Origin: Lepidodermella squamata
Lineage: Eukaryota; Animalia; Gastrotricha
NCBI GenBank assembly: GCA_047495785.1
Contig: JBLDXI010000024.1
Span: 4,898,001-4,962,000, forward strand
Length of the DNA stretch: 64,000 nt
Direction of reading: 5' to 3'
The notes under the pieces were generated by a model that was not told the DNA's origin, did not search any database, and worked only from the letters and a program-made list of their open reading frames with translations. The position numbers were made by a program, and so were the translations under genes. Below are positions 25,054 to 35,670 of this stretch, in pieces; positions within the stretch are counted from its first letter, which is position 1, and each line of letters starts with the position of its first letter.

Positions 25054-26433
25054 TTACCGAACCTACACAGAAAAAGAAATTATTGTACGAAATACGGGCA
25101 TAGAGTGATTGAATAAAGATAAGTATGTAGCGTAATAATCAATTGGATGAATGGCCTCAATATTTCTGAACGCAAAGCTTTAGTCTCCCTTCCGTGATGT
25201 AATTCTTGTTTACAAAATGTTGCTTGTTCATTATCTGTTGACTGGTTGCTTCAAATTCTGCAAGTCATCAGTGTTTAGGCGCAAAAATTTGTGTATACTG
25301 AGATTTCGAAAATTTTCGATCGGCCTCAAGCCTTAAGATTTTCATAGACCATAAGCTTACGGTTTACAGGTTGCTGGTTGCTTGCGGTTACAGAGGCATC
25401 GGTTTTCAGCGACGTTCCACACCCTCGATTAAAAAATGCATCCCGCCAAACATGCTCACAAGCCTTATTTCAAGGTCAGAAGAGAGCGTTATTATTCATT
25501 CATTTTTAGCAATAACTTTATTATTTACAGATAAATGAAAGTTAATACATTAATTTATGGTGTTATTTTACTGCATGTAATGTCCAAATTCTGATTCTTT
25601 TTTGGTGTTTTTAGGACCTTCGGATTGTGCTCGTTAACTTATTCGTTAACTTATCCATTCTGTAGTTTCTGTAGTTTCTCAAATTTTGTTTGTTGATATT
25701 GTAGCTAGCACCGCAATGGCTGCGCCCCAGCCACAAGCGGAGAGGTGAAATGCATGTGATCGCTTTGCCCAATAAATTTTGCCCGGTTGCCCGCTGTGAG
25801 TAACACCTTATAAGATAGACAGTTTCAGGTTTGAGATCACTTGCCTGCAAATCTGATAGATGTTGACCTGGTCTCTTGCTGTCGGTTTGGTACAATCAGT
25901 TCAGCGTGTTCAACTACAAACAATACTGTCACACTCAATATTTTAATGCGTATGTTTCCTAATGCATTTAGTCAGCCGAAATTTCTAAATTGTGTAATTT
26001 TAATTTTAAAATTTTAAAAAGCAAATTTGTTTATAAATTTTTAATGAAGTTGAATGTTGCGCAATAAATTGGCGCGCCTTGGACCTGTGCGGCACGCCCT
26101 CTAAGCACACCGTGTTGTCTTCAGTTTCAGGCGCCCATTTAAAGCATATTGCTAGCCTAACAAACATGTTATTTGTTAATTTTGCGCCTACTGCTTGCCG
26201 GAAGGTCATTTACTTGTTAATTTTCCTCTAAGATGAGGGACTGCAGGACTAAAGGCACTGATCTTTCTTCATGCATGCAGAAGTGATTATTAGTTATCTC
26301 GTTTCATCTTCAGCTCAAACCTCATCATGCCAATTTAACATTGTCCCTAGAGTTGTTGCAAAGTTGTTTTCCATTATTTTAACCGCTTTTGCATTGATAT
26401 AGGGCTTGACCGTGCTACTTTTTTAACATTGTC

Positions 26434-27745
26434 ATGGCAGATCCGATTAAGGTGTCATGGATCGAAGCATTCTTCCACGATGAGAAAAGCTCCATAAGTC
26501 GTGCTGATGTATTTTTAGTCTCCGATAAGGTTAGGACTTTTTCTTATGCTAATTGGGCTTTTACTGCTGTAGTTGATAGCAGTTATAGCGAAAAAAATCA
26601 GGATAGTCACACTGTTTCTGTTGGTTTTAACAAGAATGGGTTCACGTATGCTCGTTGTAACTGCGCGCGGGGTAGATTTAAGTGTTCACATATGGCCTGC
26701 GCAATGATTTATGCTAACGAGAATGTGTCGAAGACTGATGTCCCTGTCAGCAGCTCTATGCGTCGTAAGCCCGTAAATATTTTGCCTGCTGAGGTTGCTT
26801 TTCATAGGGGAGGTCCTGAGCTCTTGAAGCAGGCTAGTAATTTACCAAGTAGATACGCCGGTTTGTTCAGCCGCCTCCGTGGAAGAGCTTTGCCCATGAA
26901 TCAACTCTTGGACAATGCAATCAGTGTCCGAACTGCTGAAGAGCCGCAATATCCGAAGCCGAACATCGCTACAATTCCTGAGATATTGCGCGCAGCACCG
27001 TCAGCTACCATCGACGATCTCAAACTAGCGATAACGCCTACCCCAGCTGAGATAACGGAGCTTGAACTTGCTACGCGAGGTCAGTCTGAGAATCCCTGGT
27101 GGTCGGAGTATCGCATTGGGCGCATCACAGCGAGCATATTTAAAGATGCTGTTACAGCATCTAACAGCCGATCATTGAAGCACACCTTGTTGTCTAAAAT
27201 TTGTGGTACATCGCCTGTAGTGGTAAGTTCAAGTTAACCCTTCCTATGTGTTCCGTCATTTTTTTAATTTTTAGTTCAACCCACACATTCAATATGGGTG
27301 CGAGCATGAATCGGTGGCCATCAATGTTGTCCAACGCGAGCGTGGAGTCGTCATTAATCCACGAGGTTTGATGCTACATCCCTCTGGCGTGATGGCTGCT
27401 AGTCCGGATGGCGACTATGGCTATGGTCTGGTGGAGGTCAAGTCTAGCAGCAAACATCGATTTGATCCCAAAGCTGCACTTGCCGACCCGGACTATGGAA
27501 TTGAACTTATCGCTCGTGATACCTTTAGATTAAGCGAAAAATCAATTTACTATGATCAAGTCCAAGCTCAGCTTTACACTACCGATAGGCCAAGTTGTAT
27601 TTTTATATTATACATACCTGATTCTAGTTTTATTATGGATGTTCCTCGTAATCCCAAGTGGGAAGAAAAGTTTAATCGTGTAATTGACTTCTATTGGAAA
27701 GACGTTATGCCTGCTATTCGTCCTATTTTGTCCTCTAGAGTTTGA
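26434..27745 (+). CDS. SWIM zinc finger + YqaJ (lambda-exonuclease-like) protein of the transposon, 419 aa. Exons 26434-27222, 27275-27745
   Basis: CNC..G..KCSH (SWIM); TRGQSENPWW..R.GRITAS, YG..HE, ASPDG, VEVK, YYDQVQAQL (YqaJ PD-(D/E)xK motifs). Confidence 0.88.
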
Positions 27746-27912
27746 ACTTGAATAATAAAATTCTCATACTATTCTCATATGCTGTTCGATAAATCGTGTC
27801 TTTCTTGACCCTGAAATGGAGAAATTGTCCTCTAGAGTCTGAAGTTAAATAATAAAATTCTGTATTCCTATAAGCTGTTCGCTATATCATGTCTTTCTTG
27901 AGCCTGAAATTG
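27728..27912. repeat. Two ~98-bp tandem copies in the convergent 3' region of the transposon
   Basis: ttgtcctctagagt.tgaa.tt.aataataaaattct...gtctttcttga.cctgaaat occurs twice, each with AATAAA. Confidence 0.75.
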
Positions 27913-28149
27913 TTTTCGTTCAGCCTTTCACCATCTTACTGCTCAAATGTCGATGATTTTCTGATAATTCATCTCGCGCTATTTTCATTCAGAGATTATT
28001 ATGCAAATTCTGACAACAGAAGAATAAAGAATACATGGGATAAATTCGTCTTTTATTCGATAAATACAGAAATTTGAAAAAAAATCTCTCGACCGCCAGA
28101 AAGACTAGAATAATGATCTGTTACAATTCAGAAATATTGATAACGTAAT

Positions 28150-30195
28150 TTACAAGTTCTTAAAGCACTCAGCGTTTTCATTCATTATTGGAGTAGACAA
28201 ATTTACAAGGCCGCAAAGTATAACCAAGATGTCGGAAGCAATGTCGTTAAATTGATATGGAATTTTATCTAAAATATGAAAGTTTTTGAGTCTTTCGTTT
28301 ACTCGCTCGACGTGGGATCGGCCGGATGAAATGGTTCGCGATCTTACAGCCTGATGTTCGGTAAATTGTTGCTTCTTGACTCGAAAAGACGGGATCGCGA
28401 TGGATACCCCACTCGGTAAAATATCCGCTATTTTGAATCCTTTATCAACGGCAATTTTGTGACCCGGCTTCAATTGCTGCAAAAACCCCGATTTTTCACA
28501 TATAGCCTTATCACTAATTCTCCCTCCAAAGAATTGTGAACAAAAGGTAATGGCACCGGAAGGTAAAATTCCTATCAAAGTTTTCATGGTATGGGAACCA
28601 CGATATTCCGAGTAACAATTTTTGGCAGTTTCAAAATTTTTTCGAGGTGTTTGCATCCTTACGTCAGTACAGTCGATAATGAGGCTGCACCTTTGAAGCA
28701 GGGAATTTTTAAAACATTTTGGTTGAATTTTTCGACATTCATGAGGATCAGGAATGGTGGTGACTAATGGTCGAAAAAAAGTGGCTAAAGTCTCAATCAT
28801 TGAACGAAACACCGCCGATAAAGTGGAAATGGCTCGACGGAAAAGATGAGACAAATGAAAAAAAGGAAAATTTTGTTTCAACTTAACTAAGGTAAATAAA
28901 AGTTGATCCTCGAGCATCATAGACTTAACTCGCCCGCATTTAAAGTGAGGATTTTCATCCAAAAAAATGGCAATTTCGTCTTTAAGGGCATCGAATACTT
29001 CCTTTTCCAGCCCAGTGTAGTTATTGTAGAGAGAATCCTTCAAATTACGATAACACATAAAGGGGAGATCATTGGAAGGAGAATTAACAGGAGATGACAG
29101 AGCACTTAGTAAAATTTGACTTCTGCGAAAGCCGTATGGAGGAATAGCAGACTGAGACCGAGACGTGGAGCCATCCACCGGACTGTCAAATCTCATCGCA
29201 GCTACCGTTTCTGGTCTTTTGAACGGCTCCGACACATTAGGCACGGTCGACTGCGGTCGCTTCTGAGGCGGGTCATATGTAGAAGACGGTGATGGCGGCC
29301 GCTTGCTTCGTAATGGAGACTCGTCTGCGTCGCGAAAATCGCTAAGAAAAACCATACTAATTAAATGCTAATTAAATTATGTTAAACAAACCTGTCTGCC
29401 GGAGAGCGCGCAATCACCGGAGTGAGTCGTGCAGCAAGAACTCTTGGTCTCCCTCGGCCAACAGGAGTCAAATGCGACTGACCTCTGCCAAGGGGCGTCA
29501 ACTGAGTAGGCACTTTAGTGGGACTAGCGCGACCCTTGCCACGGCTTGGAGCATCTACGAATATTAACACATCCTAGCTGCTTTCAATTAAAATCGAGGT
29601 GTCGCGAACTCATACCAGGCGTCGTGAGATCAACTAGGGAAGCGGCTGCTCGACCCTTACCAACTCCAGCCGGTGTAGAAACTGGCTGTTGGTTGGAGGA
29701 CAAATCAGCGAACGGCGTTCGCGGCGAATTAGTTGTTGAAGGAGGCGGCGGATTCGCAGGATTTGATGAAGGAGGTAGACGTTTCCAAACGATACCGGAC
29801 CCCGTGTTGACAGCAATAACACCACCACCACCAGCGGATGCCGACGAGTCATTCTCGTTGGCGATGGTACTAATACGTCGCAGCTCAGGGTCTGTACGTG
29901 TAGCCACGCGCTTCGGTGTACCCCAGAATTGAATCTCTGGGTCGCTTGCTGGATCTAGCGAATGAAAATGACGACCACAAAAACGAATGCTGTCGCTGTT
30001 CTCCAAGCTCTTCCAATCCTGCATCTTTCTTCTAATATACATAAGTACTCAATTATATCATTACAATCAATAACACAATTCTTACCCTGACAGTCTGAAC
30101 CATTTATCGTACCGATCCTGATCACCAACGGGGACACGCCGAAATGGGGGAATTTGCTGCTGTGTCGGACAATTAACGCAAACACAGCCAGGCAT
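28150..30195 (-). CDS. THAP-HTH-DDE (DDE_Tnp_4-like) transposase, 626 aa. Exons 30195-30086, 30031-29616, 29554-29392, 29341-28150
   Basis: THAP MPGCVCVNC..F..VP..R..W..CGRHF; HTH EDQLLFTLVKLKQN; triad IIDCT / VDKGF / HVERVN; three short in-frame introns. Confidence 0.88.
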
Positions 30196-31163
30196 GATGA
30201 CGACGACAAAAAACCTCAAAATTACCTAAATAAACGGCAAATGATTCCTTTAACGACAATAAGAATAAAAAATTTGGATAGCCCATATACGAAAACATTA
30301 ATCCCGAACCAAGTCCGCTGATTTAACCACAAACATCACAAGGAAAAGCCCGCACATAGCGCGAGGCGTGTTTATCTGCGCGCGCGCGACAGGTCCAGAG
30401 CGCGCCAATTTCAAAATTAAATTATTTCAATTAATAAAATAAAATTATAAAAAATAATTATTTTAATTAATCAAAAAAATAGCATCAGGGTCTGCCTGGA
30501 AACAAGCGCATACGCTCAGCTTATCCTGCACGATATGTGTTAAGCTGAGCTTGATAAGATTAGCTAAGGTGTCAATACACTGAGCGCTGAGCGTAACGTA
30601 AGCTGAGCTCACTTTCAGCTGTGCTTGATACTTGAATAACGAAGTGCAAGCGGGCGCACCAAACTGCGACCCAATTTTCAATTTTTTTCATACTCGCTTT
30701 CATCGCTTTTCGGGCGCCCACGGAAAAAGGGCGATGGGGTCGTGACCCCCAATATGAGAAGCCCTGTTGTAGCTGAAAGCTGCCGCATTATTCATAACCA
30801 TTATCAACGAAAATCTACAGCTTCTATAGCCAAAAAATTGTCTCATAATGGTTTTATCATACATTAATTTATTAATTAGCAATTAACGCAGCTATTTTTA
30901 CCATTCAACAGCGCCAGCCCTGGCTTTTACACGCGCATCATGTCTATAGAGATCAAATCACTCACATGAATAAAGGATGCTTCCCACCCACTAATCAAAA
31001 AGCTTGCGAAACCAGTGCTTTTGTTCTGTGATATGTTGCGAAGCAACTATCAAAACAATAACAAATATTGCCAAACATTTTTTAAATATATACCTAATCC
31101 CTATCTCCAACGAATACCATTTACAAAGTATTATATCATCGCGCAGATTTGAGATTCGTGAAA

Positions 31164-33561
31164 ATGTTACTCCTCTTGTACATTATACTGTTATTGAACG
31201 TTGTTCAAACACTTTCCCAAGCTTGCGGAGCAATAAATCCTTCGTTCTCTATGAATTCAGCTGCCGACGTTTCGTCAAAATGGGACTATTACCCACCCAG
31301 CACCTTGAACATGCTGAACGCGAACGTCAACGCAACTCGCTTAGTCTCAGAAACAAACGATCAATCAGGATCCATGTGGTCAAAAGCGGTAATAGCTCAT
31401 ATCAATACTTGAATACTTGAATACTTCAATTACTCCTCATTTTTAGGCCTTCACATTGGTTGACTTTTACATATCGATATTTCTTCAAATCGGTAGAAAT
31501 GACGCGAATAACGGCGATGGCATAGTCGTAGCTCTAGCATCAAATAACTCAGTTGTGAGAAATCAGGTTATATGTAAGTGCCAAGTGCCATCTTCATTTC
31601 AGCTAGCTTTTATGACAACATTTATAGCTGGGTCGACTCACGGTATCAACTGGAACTCATTCAGTGGCCTAGCTTTGTTCTTTTCACCCAACGCACAAAA
31701 AGTCCTCGGACTTATGTCTGCAACAGCAATAACACCAGCTCAAACCAGTTGTTCGTCATCAAACACAGCACAATTTGCTTGCGTTCCAATCACAGACACA
31801 TCCCTTCTTCAAAGCGCACCATACGTCAACATTCAGATTCGACTGTCAGGTGGAAAAACCGTTACCGTCAGCATTTGCCTTGCTGCATTGGGACCGAATT
31901 CGTGCACAGCTGTACTTCAGGACATTCCGATAACGCAATTTAGCCCAGCATCGTTTTCGCCATTAGTTTTGGGGATAGGGGCTTATAATAGTCCGACGAG
32001 TTCTGATTTTGTTGATATCATGTCTATCACCACTTCCGACTGTTCGGCTACAGCTACTGTCGCACCAGGGGCAACGGTTTCTACAGCAGCTAGCACCAAA
32101 GCAACGACTATTACGACTACAGCTCAGCCTGTGGCATCATCAGTCCTTGGAGGAACCGCCGGGGCTGGTATACTGAATCATAATTAGCTAAATATTTTCC
32201 CGAATTTTCCATATTCAGATACTACGGCAGCCATAGCCAAGGTGAGCGAACTCGAAAACTCGCCATCACAGCAGTTGCAAAACTCGATAACTGGAATCAG
32301 CGATACAAACTACGCGAAAAAGAGTGCGAAGGATGTTCTGCTCGAATGCACCGACTTTGCCCCGACGCGACCAGCGCCACCAACTACTAACTCTAATGGC
32401 TTAACCTACGTTCGAGCTGTTTTCGCTGTAGATCGGCTGAATGAAGTCGACACGGTGGGCCAAACTATCACAGTGAGTGGAACGCTGCTACTCGCATGGT
32501 CTGTTACGACCTGCCCAGTTGGTTATTCAGACGTTCTATCTTCCAAATCGAAGACGACTGAGCAACTTTTCGTAACATCGGCAGAGGAGGTTTGGACTCC
32601 AACATTTAGATTTGTCAACAGTGCAACGGGTAATGCTTACATGCAAGCTGGAGGTGAATCATACGGGGAAGACCTGGTTGCGGCTGTGACAAATCCAATG
32701 GCGTCTAATGTCACCACACCAAACAAAACTCTCGACTTTTTCTGGATAAAAGACGGGATTTTCTCGTCGTCCTGCCGGCTTGACCTTTCTAACTTTCCTT
32801 ACGACAAACAAACGTGCTTGTTCTCATTCTCATTTGTCAGAAGTTCAGCATTGGTGGTATTCAACAGCTCCTCTCAGTTCTTATGGCTTGAAACTAGAAG
32901 CGAAAATGATGAGTGGAAAGTGAATGGGCAAACGTCTATATCGGGCACGTTACGCTACAAAGGCCAATCGACTAGTGCAATGCATTTTAGTGTCACCCTA
33001 TCGCGGAACCCAGCTTTTTACGTATCAAACTTGATCGTTCCTACCGCCATTCTGGTTATTGTTGAAATTGGAAGCTTTATCTTACCTCCAGCTGTCCCAG
33101 ATCGACCTGCATTCTCTGTGACAGTTCTTCTCGCGATAACAGTTGCGCAGTCAAGCGTGACGAGTCAAGTTCCGAAAACTGCTCAGCACATCTTGCTGGC
33201 AGATTACATAGCTGCAATGACCTGGCTGTGTGCGATGTGTACCGTTTATCACATGATAGCTTGCTTCCTCGCCAATCGTGACCACGAAAGATTAGAGAGG
33301 GAAGCTAAAACCGGCGATCTCACACCGGGTCGCTCGCTGAGGTCGTCTTCTATTGCTGCTGCAGTACATCCACTGCCCCTCACACCGGCCGAAAGCAGCC
33401 ATCACCTAATTGGATATAGAGACATTATTGAAAAAAGATTTTTCAAAGCAAATGTTAAGATTGGCTTGGCTCGAATACTTGATATCATAGCAGCTGCAGT
33501 AGCAACGTTGTCTTTTATAGGCATCTCGTGCTACCTTGCACTCAAGGCTACAAATAACTGA
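31164..33561 (+). CDS. Cys-loop (nAChR-like) ligand-gated ion channel subunit with N-terminal L-type-lectin-like domain and Thr/Ala-rich linker, ~762 aa. Exons 31164-31388, 31447-32167, 32219-33561
   Basis: Signal peptide; VWTP; Cys loop CRLDLSNFPYDKQTC; M1 NLIVP, M2 DRPAFSVTVLLAITV..VPKT, M3, M4; 58- and 51-bp GT-AG introns join the three ORFs in frame. Confidence 0.8.
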
Positions 33562-33790
33562 TTCGAGTAGAACTTCTCTGGCAGAAGGTCGATGGCTCCC
33601 TGGTGAAATGTTGTTCTTTATGTCTGAAAGAAACTTTGTTCCATCGACATAGTTCTCGCTAGTTATTTTGACGCCTTTAATACTATCGTTCCTTATTCTA
33701 GGTATGCTTGAAAAAGACAGAGACATTGGTTAACGTATTTTCTTTTATTCTACCTAATATATATAATAAATTGTTTGAAAAAACTGATCA

Positions 33791-33862
33791 AGGTCCCATC
33801 GAGAATCGAACTCGAGTCGCTGGATTCAGAGTTCAGAGTGCTAACCGCTACACCATGGGACC
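33791..33862 (-). tRNA. tRNA-Gln(CTG) variant with an anticodon-stem mismatch
   Basis: ctgaa/tccag versus ctgga/tccag in the array. Confidence 0.75.
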
Positions 33863-33941
33863 TCTCGAACGCTGGTTTTGGGAAGGACAGCTTTAATCTC
33901 GTCACTAGCAATTGCTTTCAAACGTGTGAGCCAAAAACGTG

Positions 33942-34013
33942 TGCGTCAGCCGGGAGTCGAACCCGGATCGGCTGCTTGGAAGGCAACCATGCTGACCGTT
34001 ACACCACTGACGC
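33942..34013 (-). tRNA. tRNA-Gly(TCC)
   Basis: Matches the array copy. Confidence 0.9.
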
Positions 34014-34120
34014 CTGATGAAAGCGAGGACTGTTCTGGAGGCTATATCTGCAGAATTGAGCTTCAGTCGTTATAATGCAAAAACTGTCGTCGCCAGTAGG
34101 ATTTGCGAAATGCGGGATAT

Positions 34121-34308
34121 CGTTAGCGGCGTTGAATAACTCGGATTTAGGCTTGTTTACATATGTTTCAAGGTCACGGGTGACAAGTGAAAAGCGGCAT
34201 TTTTCAAAGTAAATGAAGATGAAAAAACATAATGCTTTTTACTTGTCACCTATCACTTTGAAATAGATGTAAACAAGCCTAAAGCCGAGTTATTCAACGT
34301 CGCTAACG
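34121..34308. mobile_element. Foldback MITE inserted in a tRNA-unit spacer; ATAT (or TA) TSD
   Basis: ~75-bp imperfect TIRs; the empty site gATATc is visible in every array unit (e.g. ~51403-51408). Confidence 0.85.
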
Positions 34309-34331
34309 ATATCAATCTATACCGCCATCCC

Positions 34332-34415
34332 GTCAGGATGGCCGAGCGGTCCAAGGCGCGGCGTTCAGGTCGCAGTCAGTTTCTACTGGCGTGGGTTCGA
34401 ATCCCACTTCTGACA
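34332..34415 (+). tRNA. tRNA-Leu(CAG) variant with an anticodon-stem mismatch
   Basis: cggcg/cgcag versus ctgcg/cgcag in the array. Confidence 0.75.
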
Positions 34416-35165
34416 TACATTTTATGCTTTTTCCCATGCTGCGACGCAGTATACGTATCATCAACGATTCGATGTGGGTTCGAACGTGTTGATAGCACGT
34501 GCGCCATGTGCACGCTGACTTGAGTCCAGAGATGGAACAGAGTTCAAATGTACATAGTGGAAACCTATTCTTTCAATTAATTAATAAAAAATTCCAGAAA
34601 ATCAGAAAAATGAGTCCAAGGTCGCTCCAAGCATCGAAATTACCTCGAAGAAGCTTCATCAGAATTACCTGGTCCATTAAAAATACGCTTCAAGTTCACT
34701 GCCATATTGGCAGTGGTCATGTTTGTTATTAATTGATCAATTTCTTTTTATGCGATTTTCCCTATTTCAAGAATTTCAGAAAAATAATCAATGTGTTCGT
34801 CGTTTCAAGAGCTATCTCGATCCTCGAACCGCCGGAAATGATCGATTGTGATTAATCGTTCAAGAATAATGAGCGATCGAAAAATCACCTGATTTGTTTG
34901 CTTTTCCAACCACTCGATGCTGATTCATCGCAACATCTGGCGCCCATGGCATTTACAGGCGTAGTCATGAGTAGGACCTCTATCTTAAAACTAGCTCTAC
35001 GAAAAAGACTCACAGATCACTCCGTTCTATATGAATACTCATCATTTGCCGTTGAATTCGAATTTTTATTCAAACAATTGTCAGTTTAGGTAACAAAATG
35101 TAATGTTTTCAGGATAAAATGTGTTTTGGAAATGTGAGTATAAAAACGCGAGTATCGTCAGTTTT

Positions 35166-35670
35166 TCACAGAATTTTCGCTGGAACCATGATGCAAACAA
35201 CCTTCTTTTCCTTGTCGTCGAGCAGCTCCCACTTGACGACCATGGCGACTCGCGGAAACTTGGGATCGATGAACACGTTCGTCTTGTACGTGTAAGTCTG
35301 CGACTTCTCAAGCGGGCACGGCAAGTCGTGGCGGCAAACGTCGCGGTTTCGCATCTGGAACTTGGACGTACGACCGCCGATGATGCCGTAAGCTTGAACT
35401 TGCAGAGTCAGCGTCTTTTCGAGAGCTTCAAACTCGATTTCAATCGACTGGTTCGAGCCTGGCAGCAAATCACATCGGTGACGTTGATGACAGTCGATAG
35501 CTTTGAACGTGACGATCTTCCCGGTTTCCGAACCTGAAAATTCAAAGAAAAAAGGGAGAAATGAAGAGCAGGGTTGGTAGTCTGAACTTACCACAGTCAC
35601 GCCAAACTACAGCCTGGGCAAGACTGGCGAGGGTGAGAATCGCGAGGGCAATAACGAAGCTGTTTGCCAT
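35166..35670 (-). CDS. NPC2: NPC2 / ML-domain lipid-binding protein, 148 aa. Exons 35670-35592, 35533-35166
   Basis: Signal peptide, VVWRDCGS, C..C.L.PG, DVC..LPCPL...TYTY, FP.V..VKWEL.D...VVC. Confidence 0.88.

Larger units (their letters stand above)
26071..30406. mobile_element. ISL2EU-type (PIF/Harbinger/IS5-related) autonomous DNA transposon, 4336 bp
   Basis: 18-bp TIR ggcgcgccttggacctgt / acaggtccagagcgcgcc flanked by AATT; convergent THAP-DDE transposase and SWIM-YqaJ genes, the gene pair typical of ISL2EU. Confidence 0.88.
33774..34468 (-). repeat. Degenerate inverted fragment of the tRNA repeat unit (Gln, Gly, Ser remnant, Leu-CAG)
   Basis: Spacers match the array with more substitutions; deletion fuses the Ser 3' end (34088-34105) to the Leu-CAG 5' flank; MITE inserted. 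Confidence 0.88.

Noticed and set aside
31567-31602. Extra 36-bp in-frame intron within the lectin-like domain
   Set aside because: GT..AG is present but the frame is open either way; needs RNA data.
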